Positions 42,278 to 51,441 are shown, counted from the first letter of the stretch. The stretch: 64,000 bases of DNA from a virus (IMGVR_UViG_2684622670_000009:20476-84475); one strand, 5' to 3'. Program-made: numbers and translations. Notes: generated from the letters alone by a model not told the origin.

Positions 42278-43093
42278 ATGAGCAAAAACTTTTTTCAATC
42301 CGGGGCATTTTTGGGGAATGGCCTGTCCCGTTTCGCTTTAAACGCTGATCCGGTACAGCTGATGGAATCTGCCCGTGCAAGTGCCCAACCGCCAACAGAT
42401 CCGGAGATTAATAATGACCAGGAACCGGCGGCACAGATTAACGAGAATGTTCAATCTGACCTGGCCCCTGATCAAATCCTGGAGGGGAAAGACGGTAAAG
42501 AATGGACTGTCGAACAGGCGCACCAGATGATTCTGGAAGCTGCAAATCGAAGTGCTATGCAGAATGCGTTGAGTAATGCGGCTGATGCCGTTTTCGCCTG
42601 GGCTGATAGCGGTGATCTGACTTTCGACTCTCTTGATGGTTTTGTTCAGGCTATCGCTGGCATCTCTGATGATGACGACTCCGAAGTTACAGAAGAACAG
42701 GATGATGCCTATAACGAAGCATGGACAAATGTTGCTGACTTCCTCGCAGCATGCGGTGTAGATGATGACCTGATCGAAGCACTGGCTGACGATGAAGACG
42801 ACGACGCAGCTGCTGATGTCGGTTCCGCTATTGCAGGTTTGGATAGCGATGACCGCGACGAACTGGAAGCTGCGTTTGTTGTTGCTGGCACTTCTGATGA
42901 AATGCTGACCGAAGCATTTAAGAAAGTTGTTCGTAACGGTGAGATCAAACTTATCCGTAAACGCCTGCGTAAAAAACGTCTGACAGCGGCTCAAAAATCG
43001 GCGCTGAAAAAAGCGCGTCGTAAAGCCCAGACCGGTGCGGCAAAACTGGCCCGCAAAAAGTCAATGAAACTGCGCCGTAAGCGCCTCGGCTAA
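42278..43093 (+). CDS. Highly acidic protein with a basic C-terminal tail (P1 gene 21 position)
   Basis: 271 aa with D/E-rich runs and the C-terminus KLIRKRLRKKRLTAAQKSALKKARRKAQ. Confidence 0.55.
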   Translation: MSKNFFQSGAFLGNGLSRFALNADPVQLMESARASAQPPTDPEINNDQEPAAQINENVQSDLAPDQILEGKDGKEWTVEQAHQMILEAANRSAMQNALSNAADAVFAWADSGDLTFDSLDGFVQAIAGISDDDDSEVTEEQDDAYNEAWTNVADFLAACGVDDDLIEALADDEDDDAAADVGSAIAGLDSDDRDELEAAFVVAGTSDEMLTEAFKKVVRNGEIKLIRKRLRKKRLTAAQKSALKKARRKAQTGAAKLARKKSMKLRRKRLG

Positions 43094-43100
43094 AGGAGGA

Positions 43101-43124
43101 GGCCGGAGAGCTCCGGCCTTTATC
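43101..43124 (+). terminator. Terminator/attenuator hairpin
   Basis: GGCCGGA-GAGC-TCCGGCC followed by TTTATCTT. Confidence 0.55.
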
Positions 43125-43128
43125 TTGA

Positions 43129-43710
43129 ATGGCACCTATACCTTTTGGAGTTCACGGCCAGGCTGATGGTGTATCACCATGCCTGAAAGTTACTCTGACT
43201 AACTCTAAGTATCAGGTTACTGGATATATCAGCCAGGGGGCGGCAATGAACATGGCCCAGAATTGGGAGGCTCCTTTTACTGGTATGTCCATGGGTTCTG
43301 TTGCTGGTGCCTTCAGTGGTTTTGCGCAGGTTGGTACTGAAACAACGTCGGTTGCCCGTTGGAACAGCTTAATGGTTTGGGAAGGGGGTACTCCGCCGAC
43401 GTTCACGCTGCCAGTAACTTTCATTGCTTTATTTGACCCGTTTACGGAGGTTTCAGGAGCTATCGCCGCGTTGTCAGCGATGATTAGCCCGGAACTTAAA
43501 GATGCCAGTATTGGTGGTCGTATCCCGGAGCGTGTGACGTTAAATATTGGTCGCCGGATCAACATCATTGATGTTGCTATCCAGGACCTAAGTTTCGATC
43601 TCGATGCGCCCAGGGACAGCAACGGGCATTTCCTGAAAAATACAGTCAACCTCCAGTTGACAGGTTCTTCGATATATAACAGCTCCGATATCATTCGGGC
43701 GTTCCAGTAA
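43129..43710 (+). CDS. Tail/baseplate structural protein (hypothetical)
   Basis: 193-aa ORF in the late structural block; start uncertain. Confidence 0.45.
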   Translation: MAPIPFGVHGQADGVSPCLKVTLTNSKYQVTGYISQGAAMNMAQNWEAPFTGMSMGSVAGAFSGFAQVGTETTSVARWNSLMVWEGGTPPTFTLPVTFIALFDPFTEVSGAIAALSAMISPELKDASIGGRIPERVTLNIGRRINIIDVAIQDLSFDLDAPRDSNGHFLKNTVNLQLTGSSIYNSSDIIRAFQ

Positions 43711-43721
43711 AAGGATTTTAT

Positions 43722-44231
43722 ATGGGACACAATAACACTAAGGGAAACCGTAAATTTATTAAGGGCCGCTATACTGCCAACGCGGCCAAAGGCGAACGAC
43801 TGGTATCGTCTGAATTCCAGCTCACTTTTGCAGGCCATGAAGATATCAGCGTACTGGTTCGCACATCGCAAATCCCTGAAATGACCCGAGAGGATGTGGA
43901 AGACTATGGTCCGAATGGTGTGAAGTTCAACCAGCACGGACCAATCCGTAACTCAGGGGAAATCCAGGTCCAGTGTGTGGAGACTATCGAAGGTGATATT
44001 CTTCAGTTCATTAAAGATCGCATTGCGGCGAAGGACTATGTTGATATCACTATGGCTGCAACTCCTGAATCCAAATCCTCCGGGGTTAAAGCTGTGACAA
44101 AAGCTGCTACAACAATTGAAATGTTGGACTGCAAAATCTACAGTGATGCAATTGACTTTAGTACCGAAGATGTGACTGCCGCTGTGCGCCCGTCACTTCG
44201 TATCGTCTACAACTGGATTGATTGGGATTAA
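43722..44231 (+). CDS. Tail-tube-like structural protein (hypothetical)
   Basis: 169 aa. Weak resemblance to the contractile-tail tube family, judged from the C-terminal pattern only. Confidence 0.4.
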   Translation: MGHNNTKGNRKFIKGRYTANAAKGERLVSSEFQLTFAGHEDISVLVRTSQIPEMTREDVEDYGPNGVKFNQHGPIRNSGEIQVQCVETIEGDILQFIKDRIAAKDYVDITMAATPESKSSGVKAVTKAATTIEMLDCKIYSDAIDFSTEDVTAAVRPSLRIVYNWIDWD

Positions 44232-44250
44232 GAGTCATCCCTTGTATTTT

Positions 44251-44274
44251 AAAGCTCCTTCGGGAGCTTTTTTT
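44251..44274 (+). terminator. Rho-independent terminator
   Basis: AAAGCTCC-TTCG-GGAGCTTT followed by TTTT. Confidence 0.8.
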
Positions 44275-44366
44275 ATAACTATTTTATATAAAAATGCATC
44301 GATAACATTGTCTGGAGTTTTATGTTAGATTATTAATGTTCTAATAAACTACAATTATTGAGGTAG

Positions 44367-44999
44367 ATGTTTGTGCCTGTACTGTTAAAGGGGGACTCTA
44401 AAATGGCTGTGATTCCAATGTCGTACTCCCCGGGCACTGTCGCTCGTCGATTTTCGATCCTGGACGGTGTAATCATCCAGGGTGTGCTTTACCAGATTAT
44501 ATGGGATTCCAAAACCCCATTTGCAGCCGTAATAGAAGCAGCGCCTTCTGTTATCGATGGTGATATGCGCCATAAGGTTGTCGCTACTCTTGAACTTCAA
44601 CGTCGCCCGCAGCTTGAAGGCGTACTGGTAAGGAAGTTCTGGGAGGATAGCGATGTTGCCCAGATTGAAGGTATCGTGGTTGATGGAACCGTCCGGGATG
44701 TCGGTTTAGCCACTTTTGTTTATGAAACCGTAGCTTCAAAAGCCGGAGTTGTTTTGCTAAGTGACAATGAGCAATACGAAGGCGGAAAGGCTCTTTGGCA
44801 GCACATCGCTCGTCGTTCTTCCGAACTAAAAGTTTTTATCCTGGACACCGATACTGCTCAGTATTACCCATTTGATGGCGAACGTGTTTGCTATGACGGG
44901 AAAAGTATTCCTGAATCCGAGATATGGAGTGAACATCCGGATCGAAGTAAGCATGGGGTTGTTCTTGTCGCAGAATCCATAACTGGAAAGGCGGCATAG
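44367..44999 (+). CDS. Hypothetical 210-aa protein
   Basis: GAGG upstream of the ATG. A weak operator-like AATGTTCTAATAAACTA lies at 44335-44351. A possible GNAT-like R-x-x-G-x-A (RDVGLA) motif is present but very weak. Confidence 0.45.
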   Translation: MFVPVLLKGDSKMAVIPMSYSPGTVARRFSILDGVIIQGVLYQIIWDSKTPFAAVIEAAPSVIDGDMRHKVVATLELQRRPQLEGVLVRKFWEDSDVAQIEGIVVDGTVRDVGLATFVYETVASKAGVVLLSDNEQYEGGKALWQHIARRSSELKVFILDTDTAQYYPFDGERVCYDGKSIPESEIWSEHPDRSKHGVVLVAESITGKAA

Positions 45000-45178
45000 C
45001 AGTAAAAAATTCCTTGCTCCTTGACAGAGGAGAGGATTAATCTAAGTACGCTAAGCATAGGTATGGCCCCGGTTAATGTTAAGCGTTGTGCGGGACGCAT
45101 AATGTTTACTGGGGCTTTCTTTTATCTATTTTGGGATAATCCTGAATTCCGTAGTATTTGGCATCGGCTGCGGCTACA

Positions 45179-45430
45179 TCAGCGTTTGACTCTATTTCTA
45201 TAGAAATCACCTGGAAGGGTGAATATCCACATCAGAAGAAACGTTGCAGCAAACATGATCCCTAATGGCCAGAATATGCCAAAAAAAATCATTATCCAAA
45301 AACGATCCCACCAGGCCATTTCTGCATTAGCTCGCAAAATATATCGACTTAATGCGTATATCAGCCCACCGATTAGTATATAGATGAGAATAGATACCAG
45401 GATAGTCATAGCGTTAGTCTCAATGGGCAT
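45179..45430 (-). CDS. 83-aa protein with three predicted TM helices
   Basis: MPIETNAMTILVSILIYILIGGLIYAL...FWIMIFFGIFWPLGIMFAATFLLMWIF. Confidence 0.5.
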   Translation of the reverse strand: MPIETNAMTILVSILIYILIGGLIYALSRYILRANAEMAWWDRFWIMIFFGIFWPLGIMFAATFLLMWIFTLPGDFYRNRVKR

Positions 45431-45489
45431 AACGAATATCGCCAGAGCAATGTATAAATCCCTCTGCGCCGGGCAGAGGGACTAAATAG

Positions 45490-46005
45490 TTAAAATCGGT
45501 AACCGACACCAAGCATCCAAATGCTATTGCTTAGATCACCTGGTTTAGAACGTTCATACGAGAGATCAACTGCAAACTGCGGAGCTGGGTTAAATTGAAG
45601 CCCAAGTCCATAAGCAAAATCGGTTCCAAAGCCAGCATATGACTGTCCATTCAGTTTTGCTGTTGCATCCGCATGGCTTAAACCCACCAAGCCGTATGCA
45701 CTCATTAATTCATTGAATCTGTATGACGGACCAAAAGTAAATGAGGCATACTCAACCTTGGCTTTGGCGGCATTCCATAGGTTTGTGTTTGACTTTTCGT
45801 AAGTGACCGAAGCTAATCCACCCCACGTAGAATCCATTTCGTAGCGATATTTAATATTCACGCCTTTTGGATCTTTTATATCTCCGCCTTTAACCGTTGC
45901 GCTTCCTTGGGCAAAGTCTAAGGAGAGTGTGTGCTGATATGCGGAGGCAGTCCCAGCAACCCCCAAGGCACATGCCAGAAGGGCCGTTAAAACTACTTTT
46001 TTCAT
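45490..46005 (-). CDS. Ail/Lom/OmpX-family 8-stranded outer-membrane beta-barrel protein
   Basis: 171 aa. Signal peptide MKKVVLTALLACALGVAGTASA, alternating aromatic beta-strand pattern, and the C-terminal signature LGVGYRF. Confidence 0.75.
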   Translation of the reverse strand: MKKVVLTALLACALGVAGTASAYQHTLSLDFAQGSATVKGGDIKDPKGVNIKYRYEMDSTWGGLASVTYEKSNTNLWNAAKAKVEYASFTFGPSYRFNELMSAYGLVGLSHADATAKLNGQSYAGFGTDFAYGLGLQFNPAPQFAVDLSYERSKPGDLSNSIWMLGVGYRF

Positions 46006-46100
46006 GGAAAAAGTTACCTATAAAAACGTTAAAAATAATACTGGTGACAAAATAGTGTGTATTGAGCGTTAAATACACGTAAAGATTCTATCATTCGCGA

Positions 46101-46943
46101 TCATCCGCGAAAACCAGTTGGAATATAAAATTCCTTTTCTTTTCTTGTAGATAGGACCATATCCAGAGCTTCGTTTACCGTCATGCAATGCGGCAGATTA
46201 TCGAAGTTTGATATCCCGCCCATATCAGGAGAACGCTTGTTCTTCAGGTAAGCATATTTCCGCGCTGCCGCCTCTACTTTCTGCTTGAACTCATGTTTTT
46301 GAGAGCGTTTTTTGGATAACCGCAGATTGTCAGCCTTTGCTTTTGCCTCAGCGATCCATGAAGTCAATTTTTTGAGTCTGGTCGTTCCGGCACCGCCGGA
46401 AACTGATCTTTTTGTTTTTTTAATTTGTGACTTCTTATTCTTTATTGCCACGTCATCCTGACAGGGGGAGGGGCTATCATTTTGACATGGGGATGTGGAT
46501 AAAAAATCGAATAAAGCCAATGTCTTAGCGAGAACAGCTTTAACCTTGGTTGCGGCTGAAGAGATCTTCAATTTGCTTTCAATTAGCGCATTTTTGGCTT
46601 GTTGAGCAAAGGCTAAAAAGGATGGTGTAAACCGGTACAGGTTAGCGCGGCGTTCACGGTGATCGCCGATAACAATCTCTACCGACAGGATTCCTTTGTT
46701 TACAGCTTCACGGAATGCGCGAACGACGGTTGATTGGCTATAACCAGTTTCTGCCGCGATCATGCGGTGAGGCTTGTGAATGAAGTATTCACTGGTTGTT
46801 GCCGCGAGATTTGCACATTGCGACAGGATATGCCCGGCGCTACGGGATAGACCGGAGTGTGTTACAAAGCAGGCCAATTCATAGCCAGAAAAAGTAAAAT
46901 CGCTCATCGTTATACAGCTCAGGAAAGTGACTTTAGCCAGCAT
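46101..46943 (-). CDS. repL: Lytic replication initiator RepL
   Basis: About 280 aa downstream of kilA in the Op53-controlled operon, as in P1. HTH-like segment ETGYSQSTVVRAFREAVNKG. The start may be the internal ATG 46907. Confidence 0.7.
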   Translation of the reverse strand: MLAKVTFLSCITMSDFTFSGYELACFVTHSGLSRSAGHILSQCANLAATTSEYFIHKPHRMIAAETGYSQSTVVRAFREAVNKGILSVEIVIGDHRERRANLYRFTPSFLAFAQQAKNALIESKLKISSAATKVKAVLAKTLALFDFLSTSPCQNDSPSPCQDDVAIKNKKSQIKKTKRSVSGGAGTTRLKKLTSWIAEAKAKADNLRLSKKRSQKHEFKQKVEAAARKYAYLKNKRSPDMGGISNFDNLPHCMTVNEALDMVLSTRKEKEFYIPTGFRG

Positions 46944-46972
46944 TACAATGCTGGTGGTTCTTACTACGTCTG

Positions 46973-47773
46973 TTAGCGCGTTGCCGCGACAGGTACCAGC
47001 ACACCAGCATCAAGCAATCGCTTCATCAGCCACTGCTGACCTTTGCCGGTTATACGAGTCGTGAAAGAAATCCTGCTTCCATTGCTTGTATCGATCACGG
47101 TTTCTTTGAGAGTGAAATACCCACGGGATATGTATTCTTGTTTGGGAACGTTCCTGCGTTCACCAGTTGCGATCAGAATTCCGTTATCACGCAACCAGGT
47201 GAAGAGATAGTTTTGGCCCAGGCCGAGAACTTTGGCATAGTTGCCGATTAGAACCCCGCTGGCGGTAGCAACGCGTTCGGCGAATTCGACTTTAGGAGCA
47301 TCCATAAGCATTTTTTGCTCCAGCCGTTGCTTTTGCTCTGCCAGGTCGGCAGCCAAACGGAGAGCTTCAGGGAGACTCTGCGGAATAGCAGGTTGTAATC
47401 TTCCGGCTCGATAGTCGATAAATGTCTGGTTTACCTTCAGCCGAAACGCGGGAGAAATCCAGCCTGCGTACTCCACAGCGAGCAATTCATGGGCAAAAGT
47501 GCCGCCGCCACGGCCCTCGAACGAAACTATGCAATTCTGCATCGTTTCTTTTTCAAGCTCTTCAATGAGCTGTTTGGCTGATTGCGTTCTTAGCCATTGA
47601 GCTGGCGCTTTATGGGCACCGAGTCCGCTCGCTCTGTGTAGAGCATTAAGGTTGTAACGGCCAGCGCGGTCGGTCGTAATTTCAACACCACAAATAACAG
47701 GCAGAGTGGTTGAAGGATCGACATTTTGATGAAGGTTTGATATATTCATATCCGCATTGAATGTTTGTTGCAT
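46973..47773 (-). CDS. kilA: KilA (KilA-N domain plus ANT/KilAC C-terminal domain)
   Basis: 266 aa. KilA-N pattern GRYNLNALHRASGLGAHKAPAQWLR. The C-terminal half is homologous to the Ant C-terminus. Confidence 0.85.
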   Translation of the reverse strand: MQQTFNADMNISNLHQNVDPSTTLPVICGVEITTDRAGRYNLNALHRASGLGAHKAPAQWLRTQSAKQLIEELEKETMQNCIVSFEGRGGGTFAHELLAVEYAGWISPAFRLKVNQTFIDYRAGRLQPAIPQSLPEALRLAADLAEQKQRLEQKMLMDAPKVEFAERVATASGVLIGNYAKVLGLGQNYLFTWLRDNGILIATGERRNVPKQEYISRGYFTLKETVIDTSNGSRISFTTRITGKGQQWLMKRLLDAGVLVPVAATR

Positions 47774-47842
47774 TTTTTCTCCAAATTTGCATCAACCTTC
47801 AATCACCAGCTCGAAATGGTGATTCTTTGCACTTAGAAAACG

Positions 47843-47859
47843 AAATTTATTAGAGCAAA
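47843..47859 (-). promoter_or_regulatory. C1 operator (Op53 position) controlling kilA-repL
   Basis: Minus strand TTTGCTCTAATAAATTT (16/17). Confidence 0.7.
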
Positions 47860-47901
47860 TTTTCTGACTCGATCCAGATCGGGTTGGTCGATCTGCTCAG
47901 A

Positions 47902-47930
47902 AACCTGCCAGTTCGCTGGCAGGTTTTTTT
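47902..47930 (+). terminator. Plus-strand terminator, candidate end of the antisense (P53as-type) RNA
   Basis: AACCTGCCAG-TTCG-CTGGCAGGTT followed by TTTTT. P1 is known to make an antisense RNA of about 180 nt against the P53 transcript. Confidence 0.6.
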
Positions 47931-47973
47931 GTATAAGGCGTTTTTCAATGTGGATTTGTGGCTGGCTAAAACG

Positions 47974-48002
47974 AAAAAGGCCACAGGTTTTACCCTGTGG
48001 CC
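47974..48002 (-). terminator. Minus-strand terminator after the small hydrophobic ORF
   Basis: Minus strand GGCCACAGG-GTAAAA-CCTGTGGCC followed by TTTTT. Confidence 0.7.
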
Positions 48003-48056
48003 TGTTCGGGCGCAACGCGCTGCTGTTACACTGCGAACTAACGCCCTTCAATGTTG

Positions 48057-48173
48057 TTATGCAATGTGGAGAAGTGAGGCAATCACTGATGCCAACACAG
48101 AACTTGAAGCTCCGATGATGACAGGAACAATGATGTTGGTCACAATCCACTTGCAAGCTTTTTGAAGAGTCAT
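48057..48173 (-). CDS. 38-codon hydrophobic ORF (candidate small membrane toxin/peptide)
   Basis: MTLQKACKWIVTNIIVPVIIGASSSVLASVIASLLHIA. GGAG lies 9 nt upstream and the ORF has its own terminator. Below the ORF-track cut-off. Confidence 0.4.
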   Translation of the reverse strand: MTLQKACKWIVTNIIVPVIIGASSSVLASVIASLLHIA

Positions 48174-48243
48174 TACGAAGCTCCGCATACTTGCAACAGC
48201 AACTGCTTGCGGCTATCCTCTTGTTGTTCAGACATAAGGAATG

Positions 48244-48287
48244 CCCTCGCTGGTTGCCTCCATGCAACGTTGTAGCGAGGGTTTTTT
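48244..48287 (+). terminator. Plus-strand terminator facing the 5' UTR of the small ORF
   Basis: CCCTCGCT...AGCGAGGG (with inner GTTGC/GCAAC) followed by TTTTTT. Confidence 0.6.
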
Positions 48288-48411
48288 CTGTCTGGAGGCT
48301 ACGCATCCAGGAGTTCATAACCCCCGCATAACGTTGCGCCTCCCCTGAAAAACAGGGTTGGGCATATCGTACACATGCCTGTAATTTATGGCAAATCCTG
48401 GTCTGAATACG

Positions 48412-49461
48412 TTAAGACAAGGACGCCACTGGTTTTAACAAACCAGCATCAAGTAGCTTGCGAGTTAACCACTGCTGGCCTTTACCCGTTAATTGGGGCG
48501 TCAGCCGTATCTGGTAGCCATTTTCATCATCCAGCCCCACTTCTTTCACCGTGAAATACCCGGCGTTGATGTACTGTTGGCGCGGTACGTTTTTGCGCGC
48601 ACCAAAAGCCATGAGAATGCCGTTCTGGCGCAACCATGAGAAAAGGGCGTTTTGCTTAAGTCCAACGACCTTTGCAAAGTTCCCGATCAGGATTCCATTG
48701 GCCACTGATACCCGGTCGGCAAAATCGACTTTAGGGGCTGCGGCCACCAGCTGTTGTTCCAACTGCATTTTCTGTTCTGCTAACTCGGCAGCCAGGCGTA
48801 GGGCTTCTGGTAATGTCTGGGGGATCGATGGGGTAGGGGAGTTTGCCTGCTGTAATTCTTCCAGTTTGTCGATCAGCGAACGGCGGACCGCTTTCGATTC
48901 GCGAGCAGCAACGCGCAGGGCTTGTTTGTATGTCATTACTATAACTACCTGATCCGCTCCACCTTTTTTCTTATCCATAGGGGTTACGAAGATTTCGTAA
49001 CCCTCCCCATCAAGCTCATCCTTAACTCTGGCAATGAAATCATTGTTGCGAACTGGTTTTTCGCTACATAATTTCCGTGCCTCATTGACCATCTTTAACA
49101 GTGTCAGGCTGTCGATTGTGTCTCCGGTGTTGGGGATAATATTCACGGCTGGTGCTGGCGTAGCTGACGTAACAGGTGCTGGTTTTTCAACATTCAAATT
49201 ATTACCGGTCATTCTATGTGCCTCCTTTCTCATTTCTGCTGCCACTGTTGCGTAACGTAGACGTCCTTGTTCAATCAAATAATCCCTGATCTCGGCTATC
49301 AGTAGCCTGTTGATCACAGCCTTATCTGTTCGGGTATAAAAACGCCTGGTTATCATGAAATAGTTAGCAATTGCGCTGGGGATCTCCCGTGTCGGCATAC
49401 AGGCAGTATGCAGGGCGATCGCTTCGGCTATGTCATTACGGGTGACGAGAGGTTTTTTCAT
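48412..49461 (-). CDS. ant1: Antirepressor Ant1 (Ant2 from an internal in-frame start)
   Basis: 349 aa immediately after icd. The C-terminal ANT/KilAC domain PQTLPEALRLAAELAEQK...FADRVSVANGILIGNFAKV is present. Confidence 0.85.
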   Translation of the reverse strand: MKKPLVTRNDIAEAIALHTACMPTREIPSAIANYFMITRRFYTRTDKAVINRLLIAEIRDYLIEQGRLRYATVAAEMRKEAHRMTGNNLNVEKPAPVTSATPAPAVNIIPNTGDTIDSLTLLKMVNEARKLCSEKPVRNNDFIARVKDELDGEGYEIFVTPMDKKKGGADQVVIVMTYKQALRVAARESKAVRRSLIDKLEELQQANSPTPSIPQTLPEALRLAAELAEQKMQLEQQLVAAAPKVDFADRVSVANGILIGNFAKVVGLKQNALFSWLRQNGILMAFGARKNVPRQQYINAGYFTVKEVGLDDENGYQIRLTPQLTGKGQQWLTRKLLDAGLLKPVASLS

Positions 49462-49679
49462 AAACCCCCCTGAACGTCGGCAGAGAAGGGAAGGCTCCAG
49501 TAACTAAGTGAATTGCGCGAGTTAGTTGAAAAACGGGCAGTAAAAATGCAGGGGCCATCAGGCAATTGAGAGCGTGCTTCGTCTTCTGTTGCTGCGATAA
49601 CGAAGTGATAGTGGTGTTTTTTACAGGAATAGAAACGCCAGATGAATTCTGGGCGTGCGCAAGGATTGGCATTAACCAT
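49458..49679 (-). CDS. icd: Icd (cell-division inhibitor; translation coupled to ant)
   Basis: 73 aa from ATG 49679 (MVNANPCARPEFIWRFYSCKKHHYHF...). ATGA overlap with ant. Confidence 0.75.
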   Translation of the reverse strand: MVNANPCARPEFIWRFYSCKKHHYHFVIAATEDEARSQLPDGPCIFTARFSTNSRNSLSYWSLPFSADVQGGL

Positions 49680-49729
49680 AGTTACGGCCTCATTCGTAGG
49701 TTTAACAACCTGCGCCCCGCTGCTAAACG

Positions 49730-49806
49730 GGTGGCAGGACGTGACGGGGTTAGCAGACTGGCACGAATGAAACCAGCAGGCCGAAGCCTCCCCATCACGC
49801 CCCACC
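49730..49806 (-). ncRNA. c4: c4 antisense repressor RNA (immI)
   Basis: 10-bp closing stem CGTGATGGGG/CCCCGTCACG and an AGGC-TTCG-GCCT hairpin. The loops carry CATTCGT and CTGCTAA. These are complementary to the direct repeats GTTTAGCAG...ACGAATG found both upstream (~49872-49900) and downstream (~49685-49730). Confidence 0.6.
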
Positions 49807-49993
49807 ATAATTCGGGCGTAACGTGGTTTTACGGACACAAAAATACCGCAATATCGGATATCTGCGGTTGTCCGCATTCGTATTCAGGCTGCTAAACCCG
49901 GTCGCAGAATTTGCTACGACGGCGGAACTATAAGCCTGAACGATTAAAAGGTCAATATGATGCGAAAAGATAGCATTCGCGACTTAAAAATAC

Positions 49994-50010
49994 AAATTTA
50001 TTAGAGCATT
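49994..50010 (-). promoter_or_regulatory. C1 operator (Op51 position) of the immI operon
   Basis: Minus strand AATGCTCTAATAAATTT (16/17). Confidence 0.7.
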
Positions 50011-50092
50011 AATTGTATGATAAATACACAAATGGATCTAATAACCTCTTTTTTTAAAGGCGAAAATATGTACCCTAAATGGGTTATCCGGT

Positions 50093-51430
50093 GCGCCTTA
50101 TATCCCCGTCCTTCAGGGCGGGGATATAAGGCGCGGTTTTCCACCTAACTGTTTTTGTTTAAAATAGTGGGATGAAACGACTACAAGCATTTAAATTCCA
50201 GTTAAGACCAGATGGTCAACAGGAGCGTCAAATGAGGCGCTTTGCCGGTGCTTGTCGTTTCGTTTTCAACCGTGCTCTGGCGCTTCAGAATGAGAATCAT
50301 GAGGCCGGTAAAAAATACATCCCTTACACGAAAATGGCTTCCTGGCTGGTTGAATGGAAAAATGCTACTGAAACGCAATGGCTTAAAGATTCGCCATCAC
50401 AGTCATTGCAGCAGTCACTGAAAGACCTTGAGCGGGCTTACAAAAACTTTTTCCAGAATCGGGCTGCTTTTCCCCGATTCAAAAAGCGGGGACAGAATGA
50501 TGCATTCCGCTACCCGCAGGGCGTTAAGCTCGATCAGGAAAACAGCCGTATTTTTCTGCCGAAACTTGGCTGGATGCGCTACCGGAATAGCCGTCAGGTC
50601 ACGGGTGTTGTGAAAAATGTCACTGTCAGCCAGTCCTGCGGTAAGTGGTACATCAGTATTCAGACAGAAAGAGAGGTATCCGCTCCTGTTCACCCTTCTG
50701 CATCAATGGTCGGACTGGATGCTGGTGTGGCTAAACTCGCCACGCTGTCAGATGGCACAGTCTTTGAACCTGTAAATAGTTTTCAGAAAAACCAGAAGAA
50801 GCTGGCGAGACTTCAGCGACAGTTAAGCCGCAAGGTCAAATTCAGCAACAACTGGCAGAAGCAGAAACGCAAAATACAGCGACTGCATTTTCGTATCGCA
50901 AATATCCGCAGAGACTACCTTCATAAAGTCACAACGATCATCAGCAAAAACCACGCAATGATTGTCATTGAGGATTTGAAGGTTAAAAACATGGCAAAGT
51001 CAGCAGCGGGTACGGTCAGCCAGCCGGGGCGCAATGTCTGGACAAAATCAGGTTTAAACCGTTCGATACTGGATCAGGGCTGGTATGAAATGCGCCGCCA
51101 GCTTGAGTATAAGCAGCTCTGGCATGGCGGTCAGGTACTGGCAGTGCCGCCAGCGTACACAAGCCAGCGTTGCGCGTGCTGTGGTCATACCGCGAAAGAA
51201 AATCGCCTGTCACAAAGTAAATTCAGATGCCAGGTATGTGGATATACAGCGAACGCCGATGTAAATGGCGCTCGTAACATTTTAGCGGCGGGGCACGCCG
51301 TTCTTGCCTGTGGAGGGATGGTGCAGTCAGGCCGCCCGTTGAAGCAGGAACCAACCGAAATGATTCAGGCGATAGCCTGAACGTAGCAGGAATCCACGCC
51401 CGTCAGGGTGCGGAGGATGTCAAAAGGCAG
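50093..51430 (+). mobile_element. IS200/IS605-family element remnant carrying only tnpB (ends approximate)
   Basis: Perfect 15-bp stem hairpin GCGCCTTATATCCCC/GGGGATATAAGGCGC (50093-50134) upstream of tnpB. An imperfect hairpin (CACGCCC-GTCA-GGGTGCG) lies about 30 nt after the stop. No tnpA is present. Confidence 0.6.
50172..51380 (+). CDS. tnpB: TnpB (RuvC-like RNA-guided nuclease, OrfB zinc ribbon)
   Basis: 402 aa. [13 protein letters not shown]...GLDAGV (RuvC-I), [10 protein letters not shown] (RuvC-II), CACCGH...[18 protein letters not shown] (Zn ribbon plus RuvC-III). Confidence 0.9.
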   Translation: MKRLQAFKFQLRPDGQQERQMRRFAGACRFVFNRALALQNENHEAGKKYIPYTKMASWLVEWKNATETQWLKDSPSQSLQQSLKDLERAYKNFFQNRAAFPRFKKRGQNDAFRYPQGVKLDQENSRIFLPKLGWMRYRNSRQVTGVVKNVTVSQSCGKWYISIQTEREVSAPVHPSASMVGLDAGVAKLATLSDGTVFEPVNSFQKNQKKLARLQRQLSRKVKFSNNWQKQKRKIQRLHFRIANIRRDYLHKVTTIISKNHAMIVIEDLKVKNMAKSAAGTVSQPGRNVWTKSGLNRSILDQGWYEMRRQLEYKQLWHGGQVLAVPPAYTSQRCACCGHTAKENRLSQSKFRCQVCGYTANADVNGARNILAAGHAVLACGGMVQSGRPLKQEPTEMIQAIA

Positions 51431-51441
51431 GTGAGGTTATA

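Noticed and set aside
42338-43937. Long minus-strand ORFs (218 aa at 42338-42994; 241 aa at 43212-43937)
   Set aside because: They are antisense shadows of the plus-strand late structural genes, lack start context, and would break the operon structure.
47833-48318. 161-aa Cys/His-rich minus-strand ORF in the ORF track
   Set aside because: It spans three terminator hairpins and the Op53 operator and has no SD and an odd composition. The 38-codon ORF with its own SD and terminator explains the region better.
46990-48850. Sequence similarity between the C-terminal halves of KilA and Ant (PQ(S/T)LPEALRLAA(D/E)LAEQK...)
   Set aside because: This is the known shared ANT/KilAC domain of antirepressor-type proteins. 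It is real but not novel, and there is no evidence of recent rearrangement.
49680-49877. Upstream 66 codons of the 139-aa ORF containing icd
   Set aside because: This part overlaps the c4 RNA and its target repeats. Icd is the 73-aa C-terminal portion starting at ATG 49679.
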